From Candidatus Latescibacterota bacterium (GTDB taxonomy: Bacteria > Latescibacterota > UBA2968 > UBA8231): 64,000 nucleotides of DNA. The notes under the pieces are model-generated. The model saw only the letters and a program-made list of their open reading frames with translations. It did no database searches and had not been told where the DNA came from. Every line of letters starts with the position of its first letter. The stretch's first letter is position 1. The stretch covers positions 1,536,001 to 1,600,000 of the forward strand of contig CBDCXV010000001.1 in assembly GCA_965223905.1 (NCBI GenBank), in the 5' to 3' direction. This document shows positions 29,318 through 39,696 of this stretch, one piece after another. The position numbers and the translations under genes are program-made.

Positions 29318-29646
29318 GTGATCCCGCTCAGGGAGTTGCCCCGCCGGCGTGCAGCCATGCGGCAGGAACAAGGGGCGCGGCCGCTGCGGGCGCGACGCGG
29401 AATTCGGAAAGATCTTCGAGAGTTTCAGGAGGCGTCGAAGCCATTTCCGACACGAACCGAAAGGAGTTGCGGCCGCCGGGACCGGCAGCGGCCGGGACCG
29501 TTTCAACGGGCATTTTAAGCTACGCCTGCCGGAGGGTGGGAACCAATCCCCAGGTTTGACGGAAGCGCCTTCAGGCCCTTTACTTGCGTCTCCGCATTTC
29601 GCGGCTGTCGCAAAAAATCCCCATCGCATAAAACACCAAGGAACCC

Positions 29647-30558
29647 ATGCCTGCACTCGAAGAGCGCCGTCTGGGCAGCACGGAAATGCGCCCGAATTCG
29701 ATCGGGCTGGGTGCGGCCTGGTGGGGCCGGAGCACGGACCGGGAAACCATCGCGGCGATTCACCGTGCCCTGGAACTGGGGATCAACTACTTCGACACCT
29801 ATCCCGGCCAGGACGAGGAGCGCTGGGGCAAGGCCCTGTCCGGCGGAAGGCGGGAAAAGGTCTACCTGCAAGCGAAGGTCAGCCGCGGGACGCAGCGGAA
29901 ATCCGATCACTCCGCGGCCGCCACCCGCGCCAGTCTCGAGGCCAGCCTGCGGCAGCTGCAGACCGACTACGCCGACGCCGTGCTGATTCACGGGTACGAC
30001 AAACCGGAGGATCTCCCGTCGCAAGAGATGCTCGACCCGCTGGCTCCCGGGAACGCCCTCGACGAGCTGCTGAAGATGAAGGAGGAGGGCAAGCTCAGGC
30101 ACATCGGGATCGGCGCTCGCTCGGACGCCGTCATGGAGCGTGCCATCGCCACCGGCCATATCGAAGTCGTGCTCACCTACCTCGAGTACAACCTGCTGAC
30201 CCAGGGGGCTCTCGACAGGATGTTCCCGGTCTGCCGCGAGCACGACGTCGGCGTGCAGCTCGCCAGCCCGCTGGGGATGGGCCTGCTCACCGGCGAGGTG
30301 CCGCCGGCCTCGGAGGAGGAGCGCAAGGTACCGGACAGGAAACCGCGGGTCGCCCGCATGCTCGAGTGGTGCGCCGAAAGGGGGGTCGACATCCGCCACC
30401 TGGCGATCCAGTTCTGCCTGTCGGCGCCGGTCGACAGCATCGTCCTGCCGGGGCCGGGCAGCCTGGAGGAGGTCGAGAGCGCCGTCGAGGCCGCCACCGC
30501 CGGGATCCCGGAAGCGATCTGGGAGGAGTTCGAAGCGGATTTCGGCGTCGCCCGCTGA
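29647..30558 (+). CDS. Aldo/keto reductase
   Basis: GINYFDTYP, SLRQLQTDYAD, GKLRHIG, YNLL and SPLGMGLL motifs. Confidence 0.92.
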   Translation: MPALEERRLGSTEMRPNSIGLGAAWWGRSTDRETIAAIHRALELGINYFDTYPGQDEERWGKALSGGRREKVYLQAKVSRGTQRKSDHSAAATRASLEASLRQLQTDYADAVLIHGYDKPEDLPSQEMLDPLAPGNALDELLKMKEEGKLRHIGIGARSDAVMERAIATGHIEVVLTYLEYNLLTQGALDRMFPVCREHDVGVQLASPLGMGLLTGEVPPASEEERKVPDRKPRVARMLEWCAERGVDIRHLAIQFCLSAPVDSIVLPGPGSLEEVESAVEAATAGIPEAIWEEFEADFGVAR

Positions 30559-30604
30559 GGTCCGCTGCACCTGCAGGCTGCCGCCCACAGAGAAGGAGAA
30601 CACC

Positions 30605-31249
30605 ATGCCGGAAGAATCCCTGAAACAGCGCCTTCACCGGGGCGGCGACGTCGCCGTGGTCCGGACCCCGCTCACCTCGACCCGGCAACAGCTCGAAGAG
30701 GTCGCCGCCGGGGAGATCGATATGTTTTCGACGGACGCGCAGCACGCCCCGTACAACGAAGAGAGCCTCGTCTCCTTCTGCGCAACCGCCCGGGAGCTCG
30801 ACATCCCCGTGCAACTGCGCATCAAGCACACCCGCCACGCCTTCCTCGTCGGCAACTACCTCGACCTCGGACCGATGGCCATCATGGTGCCCCAGGTCGA
30901 GACCGTGGAGACCATCGACGAGGCGATCGACGCCTTCTACTACCCGCCTCTCGGCAAGCGCAGCTGGGGTCCGCTCCACGGCTACAAGTTCGACGGCCGC
31001 GAGCGCCTCGAGTACGCCGGGTGGTGGAACGAAACCGGCATCCTCATCGTTCAGCTGGAGTCGGTAAACGCCGTGACCAACGCCCGGCATCTCGCCAAGC
31101 CCGGCATCGACATGGTCGTCTTCGGGCCCAACGACCTGGAGTTCAGCCTCGAGGCGTACCCCGGCCATCCCTTCAAATCGGTCGCTGACTGCGTCGCCCA
31201 CGTCGAGGAGCAGCTGGCCGGTACCGGGGTGAAGGTCGGGGGCGTTTAG
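30605..31249 (+). CDS. HpcH/HpaI aldolase family protein
   Basis: DAQH, YPPLGKRSWG, VQLES and FGPNDL motifs. Confidence 0.85.
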   Translation: MPEESLKQRLHRGGDVAVVRTPLTSTRQQLEEVAAGEIDMFSTDAQHAPYNEESLVSFCATARELDIPVQLRIKHTRHAFLVGNYLDLGPMAIMVPQVETVETIDEAIDAFYYPPLGKRSWGPLHGYKFDGRERLEYAGWWNETGILIVQLESVNAVTNARHLAKPGIDMVVFGPNDLEFSLEAYPGHPFKSVADCVAHVEEQLAGTGVKVGGV

Positions 31250-31461
31250 GTCTCCTGTGGCTCCCCGGGTGCCTGGGAATCCGGGCGCCTCTGAGGCCGG
31301 GTTTCGGGGCAATCCATTCCGGGACAGGAGACCGGCAGCCCTTGGCGGCACGTTCCGTGCCGGATCCATCCTTTTTGCAGCCGGTTCTCGTTACGATTTC
31401 CACTCGCCGGGAAAGCAGCCTTGACCAGGGGCTGTCAGCCCCGCGCTGAAAAGGCCGGACC

Positions 31462-32625
31462 ATGAGCGAAAGCATCGCACCGCTTTCTGCAGCCGACTTC
31501 GACGAGGCCATGGCGGTGATGAACCTCGCCTTCGACCAGTCGCCCCCTGCCGATTTCGAAAACCTCCTTCCCAAGCTCTACCGCGCCGACGATGGCCTCA
31601 TGGGCTGCCTCTACGCGCTTCGCCGAGGCGGCGGCATCCGCGCCGTCGCCGGGGTTCATCCGCTCACCTGGAAAGTGGGCGCGGCGACCCTGCCGATCGC
31701 CGGCATCGGCGGGGTCTCGACCCATCCCGACTGCCGCGGTCAGGGGATGATGCAGCGCCTGATGACCCACTGCGTCGGCGTCATGAAGGAGGAGGGGTAC
31801 CCGATCTCCGTTCTTGGCGGCCAGCGCCAGCGCTACGGCTACTTCGGTTACGAAAGGTGCGGCGTCGAGGTGGAGTTGCGGCTGAACAAGAGCAACATCC
31901 GGCACTGTTTCGGCACTCCCTCGAATATCCGGTTCGAGCCGCTCGATCGCGGGAAGGCGGAGCGCATGGAGGCGGCCCGCGGCTTCCACGACGCCCTGAC
32001 GGTGCGGGCCGAACGCTCTCCCCAGGACTTCCACACCGTGCTGAGAAGCTGGCGCGCTGTCCCGTACGCCGCCCTTGAGAAGGGCGAGCTGGCCGGGTAC
32101 GTCGCCGTGAGCCTGGAGGGGAACGAACTGGCGGAGGTGGTGGGACGGGACGGAGACACGGCGTTCGAGATCGCCCGCGCCTGGGTCGAGCAGGGGGACG
32201 CGGAGAGCCTGACCCTTGCTGTGGGACCGCTGGCCGGCCGCTTCCTCCACCGGCTCGGTGAGGTCTGCGAGGCGTCGGCGCTGCGCGGCTCGGGGAACTG
32301 GCAGGTGTTCGACTGGCCCGGGGTGATCTCCGCCCTGCTCGCCGCCAAGGCCGCCGCAGCCCCTTCCGGTGCGCCGCTGGCGGACGGGCGCGTGACCCTC
32401 GGCATAGGGGGCTACGGCGCCGTCGCGATCTCCGCAGCCGCCGGCGAGGTCTCGTGCGAACGGGTAGAGGAGCCGCCGGCGATCTCCTGCGACCCCCATC
32501 TCGCCCACCGGCTGCTGTTCGGTCCGCTGGGGCCGTCGCAGTCGCTCCCGTTGCCGAAGGTGGCCGCGGCGCTGGAGTCCTGGTGCCCGCTGCCGCTTTT
32601 CTGGCCCAGGCAGGACGCCGTGTGA
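31462..32625 (+). CDS. Eis-like GNAT acetyltransferase
   Basis: GIGGVSTHPDCRGQG acetyl-CoA motif; RYGYFGYE. Confidence 0.85.
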   Translation: MSESIAPLSAADFDEAMAVMNLAFDQSPPADFENLLPKLYRADDGLMGCLYALRRGGGIRAVAGVHPLTWKVGAATLPIAGIGGVSTHPDCRGQGMMQRLMTHCVGVMKEEGYPISVLGGQRQRYGYFGYERCGVEVELRLNKSNIRHCFGTPSNIRFEPLDRGKAERMEAARGFHDALTVRAERSPQDFHTVLRSWRAVPYAALEKGELAGYVAVSLEGNELAEVVGRDGDTAFEIARAWVEQGDAESLTLAVGPLAGRFLHRLGEVCEASALRGSGNWQVFDWPGVISALLAAKAAAAPSGAPLADGRVTLGIGGYGAVAISAAAGEVSCERVEEPPAISCDPHLAHRLLFGPLGPSQSLPLPKVAAALESWCPLPLFWPRQDAV

Positions 32626-32983
32626 GCGGCGCCGGCTGGAGGCCGGACCGCACTGTCGCAGGCGGGAGCCAGGATCGGTGGAGGCTTGGCAGCGAAGTAG
32701 TGGGGCCGTCATCGAGCGGCGCCCGGGGTAACCGGGGCGCGCATCCGCCGGGTGAAGGCCGTACTCTGTCGGACCAGCTTCTTCCGGCATGGTAAGGGCT
32801 TTCCCACACCAGGCGTGGTGACCGCGGCCGCACAGACTCCGCCCCCTTTGCGGTCCCCCACTCACAGCAGTTGGATTTCCGACCGGCAGTCAGGCCGCTT
32901 GAGTGCTCCCCAAATGTGCCTGGGAATGCCGCCTGCAACCGACCGCTTCTCGAAGCCCGAAAGACCCCGGGATACGGCCGGCC

Positions 32984-33370
32984 TCACTTCCCCTTCTTCT
33001 GCCGGTTTTCCGCCTCCGCCTTTCTGATGAGCGCCACCAGCCCCTCGAGCTCCTCTTCCTCGAGCATGCTGCCGAAGCCGGGCATGCCTGCCCGCGGGAT
33101 GCCGGCGGCGATGTTGGTGCGGACGCGGCCGTCATCGCCTCCGTACATCCAGACGCCGTCGACGAGGCTCTTGCTGCGGCCCCCCTCCATGCTCTCGCCG
33201 TGACAGTGGGCGCACAGGTTGGCGTAGGTCGCCATGGCCGCGGCCTCTTGCGCGGCCGTCATGGCCGGGACCTTTGCCGCCGCGGGGGTGGCGTCATCGG
33301 TTTCCTGCGAGCCGTTGTCGCAGCTCGAGGCGAGGAGCGCGGCCCCGAGAATGAGTCCGTACCGGGTCAT
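32984..33370 (-). CDS. Mono-haem c-type cytochrome lipoprotein
   Basis: Lipobox LASSC; CAHCH; GMPGF distal Met. Confidence 0.85.
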   Translation of the reverse strand: MTRYGLILGAALLASSCDNGSQETDDATPAAAKVPAMTAAQEAAAMATYANLCAHCHGESMEGGRSKSLVDGVWMYGGDDGRVRTNIAAGIPRAGMPGFGSMLEEEELEGLVALIRKAEAENRQKKGK

Positions 33371-33686
33371 TGGCGAAGGTCGACAGGTTGGTGAAGGGGA
33401 TTGCCCTGCCGGGAGATTACCCACGCGATGGCAAGCCGGCCGAGGTTGTCAGACAGGCGCACCGGGCGTGCCGGGAGATTATCCCGGCGACCGCCTGAAT
33501 ATACGGTCCTGTATCCTCGAAATCCGCGAATGGGCCGAGGCTCCATCCTGCCTGTCGGTTTCCCTCGCCCCTCGAGGAACGCCACCCGGGGCGGGTTGGA
33601 CCGGACGCCTGTTTCCTCCCTACTGGTCCCCCACTTCCAGGTAAATGTGCCGATCAACACCGGCCGACAACCGAAAAAGGAAGAGC

Positions 33687-34100
33687 ATGAACCACATCCA
33701 CACCCCCGAAGACCTCGCGCCTTTCGCCGGGTTTCTGCACCGCCCCGAGCCGGAGGGGTTCTCCACCATCATCGCCGGCCCGCCCGGGATCTACGGACCG
33801 GATAAGACCGGGAAGGAGCTGAACCAGTTTCCGACGCGGCGGATTCAGCTCTCCATCCACACCTGGCCTCCCGGCAAGGCGCACGGCAGCCACAGCCACG
33901 AATCCTGGGAGCAGTGCTACTACATCTTCTCAGGACAGGCGAGAATCAGGGTGGGAAAGGAAGAGAGGATGGTCGGTCCGGGCGGCTCCGCCTTCATGCC
34001 CCCCGGGGTTGAGCACGACATCGAGGCGGTCGGGGAGGAGGAGCTGGTCGCCGCGGTCGTCACCTGTCACCTCGACGACCGGGACCTTTCGGGTTCGTGA
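33687..34100 (+). CDS. Cupin domain protein
   Basis: HSH..WEQ.YY..SG and PPGVEH motifs. Confidence 0.88.
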   Translation: MNHIHTPEDLAPFAGFLHRPEPEGFSTIIAGPPGIYGPDKTGKELNQFPTRRIQLSIHTWPPGKAHGSHSHESWEQCYYIFSGQARIRVGKEERMVGPGGSAFMPPGVEHDIEAVGEEELVAAVVTCHLDDRDLSGS

Positions 34101-34317
34101 TGGGAAGGGCTCCGCGGTTCATCTGGTCGCCTGAAGAGCGTTCAACACCGGCCAGCCGGCTGAGTGGAACGCGGGATGGCGTGCCCTCGCGCGGCCGGCA
34201 GGGTGACTTCGCTGAACCGGGCGGGGGACGCCGCCCAAATTGCATCCCGAATCCTGTTGCATGGATCGCCGAGCCCAAGGTCGCGGGTGCAGCCAAATCC
34301 CAACCGCCACTCGCAGT

Positions 34318-35250
34318 TCAGGGCTTCCCCGCGCTCCCGCCCGGGTCGCGCTGTACCAGGGCCACCCCAACCGAGATGACGATGCCGCCGGCCACCGCGG
34401 TGGCGAGGCTGGCCGGCACCCGCAGCCCCAGGCCCGGAGCGGCGGCGTCGACGAACACCTGCAGGGCCACGGTCAGGAACGAGACCGACAGAAAAAGCAC
34501 GGCGCACCGGGAAGCGCCGATCTGCCTCATGGCCGCGTTGTAGGTCGCCCAGGATATCCCGAGCAGCAGGCCGCGGACCACAATCAGCAGGAGGAACAGA
34601 GGCGCGGTGAGCAGGGAAGGCCCCTTCGGAAGGCTGTTGTCGGCGTAGAGAAAGGGCCCCAGGCAGACGGCGCCCGCGATCAGCCCGAGCCCGGAGACGA
34701 AGCGGGCGTCCCGCCGCATCAGCAGCGGCTTCAGGATGACGATGCCGGCGGCCACCGCGAGGGCGGCGGACAGGGTCAGGGCGTCCCCCCAGGAAAGCGC
34801 CGGCTGCAGGACCCCGGGATCGAAGCTGATCAGCGTGGCCCCGGCGAGCGCCAGGAAGGAGGCTGACCAGTGCCGGGCCGACCAGCGTTCTCCGAGAAAG
34901 ATCACGGCGAAAGCGACGACGAAGATCGCCTCGACGCGGCCGAGCAGGATGACCTTGCTGGAGCCGACCCGGGCGATGGCGGCGAACAGCATCACGAACC
35001 CGGCCGCGTAGATCGTCACTCCAGAGATAGCCAAGCGAAGCCAGTCCCCCGCGGGCCAGCCCTGCCAGGGGCGGCCCCCGCGAAGGAACGGGAGGAGCAG
35101 GAAGACCCCGCCGACGATGTTCGCCAGGAAGGCGATCTGCAGGGTGGTCGCCGCGTAGAAGTTGAGGGCGATCTCGGTGAGCAGCAGTCCGGCCGCGGCA
35201 GCCGCGGCCGAGACCAGCACATACAGCGAGCAGCGGAGGTCCGCCTTCAT
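34318..35250 (-). CDS. DMT/EamA family transporter
   Basis: About 10 transmembrane helices; IFLGER motif. Confidence 0.85.
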   Translation of the reverse strand: MKADLRCSLYVLVSAAAAAAGLLLTEIALNFYAATTLQIAFLANIVGGVFLLLPFLRGGRPWQGWPAGDWLRLAISGVTIYAAGFVMLFAAIARVGSSKVILLGRVEAIFVVAFAVIFLGERWSARHWSASFLALAGATLISFDPGVLQPALSWGDALTLSAALAVAAGIVILKPLLMRRDARFVSGLGLIAGAVCLGPFLYADNSLPKGPSLLTAPLFLLLIVVRGLLLGISWATYNAAMRQIGASRCAVLFLSVSFLTVALQVFVDAAAPGLGLRVPASLATAVAGGIVISVGVALVQRDPGGSAGKP

Positions 35251-35314
35251 GCAGCGCTGTTGCGATTCACGAGCCGGCCTGTTTGCAGATCAATCGGGGT
35301 GCACTGTGCGGGAG

Positions 35315-37369
35315 TCACTCCAGCAATGCCTTCAGCAGGGCATCCGGGGTGCCGGAGTAGAACTGCACGTTGACGCGCGTCGCCATGTCGTCGGAGAGAT
35401 CGAACAACTGCTTCCGATCCGAGACAGGGATCAGCACCGTTTCCGCCCCTTTCTCGACCGCGGCTTCCACGATGCCGACGGCATTCGCCAATGGCTCCAC
35501 CGAGCCTCCGAGGTTAAGGGCACCCACCACGATCAGGCCGCCCTTCAGGCTCTTCTCCAGCAAGGCGCCACAGAGCGCCAGCAACGCCGGCAGTCCGAGA
35601 GACGCCCCCGAACGATCATTGTCCATGGCGCGAAGCTGCACGGAGAATTCATGGCTTCGGGGGTCGCGGTCTCCAACCAGCTCCCTCGCCCGGGTGTACA
35701 GGTTCTGCTCGGCGTACCGGGTGCTCTCGCGAAACGCCTGAGGGACGGGCGAATTCAGAATCCTTACCCCGCTGCCCCGGCCCGTCGTAACCTCGATTCG
35801 ATACAGGGAGGGGCCCGTCTCCTGCCCGCCCGGACCGATTCCCCACACCTGGCCCGGAGGCAACGGGTCCGGATCGATGGCGTCGTCGCTGCGCAGCTCC
35901 GGCGTGGCGACGAACTTCTCTATTCCGTCTTCGCCCATCGCGTAACTGAACTGGGTGTTGCGGAACTCGCTCTTGAACACCCGCTTCTGCTGCTCCTTGA
36001 CCCGGCGGCGGGTCTCCATAGCCAGGCGCACCAGCGGCTCCAACTCATCGTCCGGAACCGACATCTCCGGGTCCGGGTACAACAGCTTGAGCAGGCCGCT
36101 CACGGTCTTGTTGACCGCGGTGATGTCCCGTCCGCTGAGCGCGCCGCCGTAGTTCACTCTTCCCTGCAATTGCTGAACGCGGCTGCCGGTGCGCAACCGG
36201 CTCCAGCACTCCGAGAGGAAATCGCTGACCAGGCCGAAGTGGCTGGTGAAGTGCTCGTTCGGGTTGAGCTTGGGGAAGTCCCATCCGGGCACGTAGGCAT
36301 GGATGCGATCCATGAAGGCCGTATCGTCGCGCATGTCCGCGGACAGGGGACTGAACAGGTGCCCGACCCGTTGCTGGTGCTCGACCTCCACGTCGAGGTT
36401 GCCGACCATGACTACGCCGCCATCTGCGCGAATGCTCTCCTTGCCGCGCGAGAACTCGCCTGACTCCATGTACCCCTTGAGAATGTTGACGCCGTCCTTC
36501 TGATCGAAGGAGACGCTGGCAATCTCGTCGAAACAGACCACGTCGTATTGGCAGACGAGGCCGCGCTGCCCCGTGGCGTTGTTGACGAACATCTTGGCAA
36601 CCGTCGCCTTGCCGCCGGAGATCAAGTGGGCGTAGGGGGAGATCTGCTGGAACAGGTGGCTCTTGCCGGTCCCGCGCGGCCCCAGCTCGACCATGTTGTA
36701 GTTGCGCTCGACGAACGGCGTCATCCGGATCAGCGCGACCATCTGCGCTCTTTCGGAGAGCGCGGCGGGCTCCAGTCCGATGCTGCGCAGCAGGATTCGC
36801 TTCCACTCCTCGCTGGTAAACTGGCTGCGGCCGTGCCGGAGGGTATCCAGCGTGTCGGCTTTGGAGAGCTGAATGGCGCGGAGACCATCTACGGCAAAGG
36901 GGCGCCCGTTCTTCTCCTGGGCGATGGCGGCGTCGTAGCTCAGCGTCACCTCGGCGTAGAAGCCGTCGGTCAGCATGCGCTCGTGCTGCTTGACCAGACT
37001 GTCGTCGATACGGACATCCTTGAGCGCGAGGCTGGGAAGCTCGGCAATCAGCGAATCAGTCCTGGCGTCCAACCTCGCCTTGACGATGTCGATCAGCTTG
37101 ATGGAACCGAGGTCGCGCGCCCGCGCCTTGAACAGCTCTTCTTCCCCGCTCCGTACCGTGCGGTCGGCCAGCTGCCGCTCCACGATTTCGAGCCCTTCCT
37201 CGATTTCCCGCTCGTCGGTGGTGGCGCAGTAGCGCCCGAGCAGGAACTCGACGACGTAGGTGGGAACCGGGTACTGGCGACTGTACTTGCGCACAAGGTC
37301 CTTGCGGACCAGGTAGCCGTCGAAGGCCTTTGCCGCCCGCTGGTCGAGTTCGTCGAGTTCCAGTCTCAC
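35315..37369 (-). CDS. brxL: BREX Lon-like AAA+ protein BrxL
   Basis: VPTYVVEFLLGRYC, ELGPRGTGKSH, VCFDEI, LKGYMESGEFSRG motifs; C-terminal Lon-like domain. Confidence 0.93.
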   Translation of the reverse strand: MRLELDELDQRAAKAFDGYLVRKDLVRKYSRQYPVPTYVVEFLLGRYCATTDEREIEEGLEIVERQLADRTVRSGEEELFKARARDLGSIKLIDIVKARLDARTDSLIAELPSLALKDVRIDDSLVKQHERMLTDGFYAEVTLSYDAAIAQEKNGRPFAVDGLRAIQLSKADTLDTLRHGRSQFTSEEWKRILLRSIGLEPAALSERAQMVALIRMTPFVERNYNMVELGPRGTGKSHLFQQISPYAHLISGGKATVAKMFVNNATGQRGLVCQYDVVCFDEIASVSFDQKDGVNILKGYMESGEFSRGKESIRADGGVVMVGNLDVEVEHQQRVGHLFSPLSADMRDDTAFMDRIHAYVPGWDFPKLNPNEHFTSHFGLVSDFLSECWSRLRTGSRVQQLQGRVNYGGALSGRDITAVNKTVSGLLKLLYPDPEMSVPDDELEPLVRLAMETRRRVKEQQKRVFKSEFRNTQFSYAMGEDGIEKFVATPELRSDDAIDPDPLPPGQVWGIGPGGQETGPSLYRIEVTTGRGSGVRILNSPVPQAFRESTRYAEQNLYTRARELVGDRDPRSHEFSVQLRAMDNDRSGASLGLPALLALCGALLEKSLKGGLIVVGALNLGGSVEPLANAVGIVEAAVEKGAETVLIPVSDRKQLFDLSDDMATRVNVQFYSGTPDALLKALLE

Positions 37370-39696
37370 TGTTCACCTCCGATGATCGTCGACTGCTGCG
37401 CGATGACTTGACCGCCGGCATCGAGGACGACAATCGCCGCGGTTGTTCCCTCGAGCTCATCGTCGCCGACCAACAGGCTTGCGGCGCCATCGCCATCCAC
37501 GGGACGCGCGGTGCTGACGCTCGAATTCGCGTCTCCTATGCGGGTCCTCAGATCGACCGAGAGTCCCGGAAGGACGGGCTCGACCCGCACCCGGCACCGG
37601 AAGCCGACCCAGGAGAGGTCGGCAATGCGAATGTCGACCGTTCCAGAGCCCGCCCCCCCGGTGATCCGAATAACCGGGACCAGGCTCTCCTGGAGACTCA
37701 AGCCTCCGTGGGCGTACTCGTGGCCCTCTACGAAGCAGGCGATTCCGGGCGCAACTGCGATACGTTCCTGGGGGTTCCAATCCCAACTCACGACCGGCGT
37801 CTCGACGTTGGAGCCGCCCTCGATGGCCGCGCAGCGCGCCCAACGGCTGATGGTCAGATACCTGGGCAGGTCGACCTTCGGCAGGCCGCCCGGAAGCCAC
37901 AGCCAACCGTGATCCGTCACCACGCGAACCTCCTTCCACCCTTCATCCAACAGCATCGCAACCCGTTCGCGCAGCAGCTCGATCTGGTCGTCGATTCGGG
38001 GGGCCAGTCCCGCTTTCAGCAAATGGCCCAGCTTGTCTATCTCTCCATGCTCGGTCCAGGCCCGGCCCGAAGGATCTCCCGTCTCGTTCGATCCGAGGCA
38101 CTGGTATCCGGCAGCCTCCAGGAGCCCGCGAAATCGATCGGTGGTCAAGGGGCGTTCGGTGTCCGCGGTTACCGGCTGGAATTGCTCCCCCAGGGAAAGG
38201 CCCGTGATGCCCTTGATCACCGGCGAGACCGCCGGCTTCGAGGTCGCGGTAACTGTGGGGTGAGCGGACCATTGCGTTGCCGTCGACACGGAACGGCCCC
38301 CTGTCCGCAGCAGCTCAACGAGGCGCTGGGACACGTCGAAACGCAGGCCGTCCGCGAAGAGAATCACCGTCCCGGGTTCAATCCGCGAATCATAGGATTC
38401 CTGCCGGTCGCGTACCACAACCGGCCGTTCCAGCGCCTGCAGATGCCGGGCGGCGGACTCCAGCCAGGGACGGTAGATCGCGTCCAGGGCCCGGCTTACG
38501 GCATGGGTATCCGCGGCCGACTTCACCGCGGCCATGCTGCGGAGGGCCGCATCGTCGATTTTCCAGGCCTCCTCGGCGTACAGCTCTGCCATCTGCTCAA
38601 TGGAGGCACCGCCCAGCTCGCTGGAAGCGCCCGACGCCAAAACGGCCAAGTGCTCGAGAGCATCCGCCAGAGGTGCCTTGCCCAGCTTCGCCCAGACCCA
38701 GCCGCGTCGTTCTCCGTGCTTCTTTTCGAGCTCGATGACTTTTTTCCGGGCTGCGGCCGGTGGGCCTTCGAGTTTCTGAAGAGCCTCCCGCAGGACGTTT
38801 TCGTCCGCTTCGTTGTTCTGGGGCCAGGAAGAACGCTGGGCGAACAGGTCGTTCGGCATGGCCTTGCCCAACAACTCGGGCACACCCGCGAACGGCGCCG
38901 GGGACTCGGCAAAACGGTTCCATACCGGTTCCCAGGTCCCTTCGCGCTTCCCGAGCAGCTCCGCCGCGGCCAGGTCACCGTCCTTCTGCGGGTCGAAGCC
39001 GAAATCCGCCTGGCAACGCGACCGGAAGGCATTCCACCTCGCACCAGTCCAGCGGCCCTTCACCTGCTCGGAGTCGCTCATCCAGGTCAGCACGTCCCTG
39101 ACCGGATCGTCGGAGAAGAGGCGGTCGAAATCCTCCGCTTCGAGGCGCCGGCCTTGCAGGGACTGCACCGGGGTGGCAGCCAGCTCCGCGAGAGCGCGGT
39201 GCATGGCATCACGAGTGGCCGCGTCCTTGGCGATGTCCAGTCCAAGGCCGCCGTCCGGGGATGCGAGGAAGGCTTCCACCGTCCAGTCCCTGCCGTTCCT
39301 CTGTTTCCAGCAGGCTCCTCGGTACTGGAGCTCGACCAGGGGTTTCAGGTGATGCGGGCAGGATTCCGCGGCGCCCAGTTCCCCGCGGCCCACACCGGGC
39401 AGGTAGAGGACCGGCGTCGACCCGTCGGGGATCTGGGGAGGCACCGGAGCCCTCTCGATGACGCAACGCAGCCAGATCGCGGGTCCGCTGCGGTTCTCAG
39501 GATCGTACTCGCCCAGGAGCAGCAGGTGCGGCATGAGGGGGAGCAGCTGCGGGATGATGGGCTGCCAGCGCGCGTCGGGGTCCGTCCACAAGATGGCTGC
39601 CGGCTGCACGGCGTCGTTCGGGTTGTGGGCGGCAGCGGTTTCGAGGGACGCCTTCAGTCTCTCTACTACGGTCAGCGCAGGGTCGACGTCATGCAT
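37366..39696 (-). CDS. pglZ: BREX-1 PglZ phosphatase/phosphodiesterase
   Basis: FADGLRFD, VVTDHGW and YAHGGLSLQE motifs; position directly before brxL. Confidence 0.9.
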   Translation of the reverse strand: MHDVDPALTVVERLKASLETAAAHNPNDAVQPAAILWTDPDARWQPIIPQLLPLMPHLLLLGEYDPENRSGPAIWLRCVIERAPVPPQIPDGSTPVLYLPGVGRGELGAAESCPHHLKPLVELQYRGACWKQRNGRDWTVEAFLASPDGGLGLDIAKDAATRDAMHRALAELAATPVQSLQGRRLEAEDFDRLFSDDPVRDVLTWMSDSEQVKGRWTGARWNAFRSRCQADFGFDPQKDGDLAAAELLGKREGTWEPVWNRFAESPAPFAGVPELLGKAMPNDLFAQRSSWPQNNEADENVLREALQKLEGPPAAARKKVIELEKKHGERRGWVWAKLGKAPLADALEHLAVLASGASSELGGASIEQMAELYAEEAWKIDDAALRSMAAVKSAADTHAVSRALDAIYRPWLESAARHLQALERPVVVRDRQESYDSRIEPGTVILFADGLRFDVSQRLVELLRTGGRSVSTATQWSAHPTVTATSKPAVSPVIKGITGLSLGEQFQPVTADTERPLTTDRFRGLLEAAGYQCLGSNETGDPSGRAWTEHGEIDKLGHLLKAGLAPRIDDQIELLRERVAMLLDEGWKEVRVVTDHGWLWLPGGLPKVDLPRYLTISRWARCAAIEGGSNVETPVVSWDWNPQERIAVAPGIACFVEGHEYAHGGLSLQESLVPVIRITGGAGSGTVDIRIADLSWVGFRCRVRVEPVLPGLSVDLRTRIGDANSSVSTARPVDGDGAASLLVGDDELEGTTAAIVVLDAGGQVIAQQSTIIGGEQ

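Noticed and set aside
31249-32930. 10-bp inverted repeat (31249-31258/31324-31333) and GTGCCTGGGAAT recurring on both sides of the GNAT gene
   Set aside because: Too short in GC-rich DNA to support a mobile or regulatory element.
33407-33487. 13-bp direct repeat TGCCGGGAGATTA upstream of the cytochrome c gene
   Set aside because: Could be an operator, but there are only two copies and no regulator nearby; not supportable.
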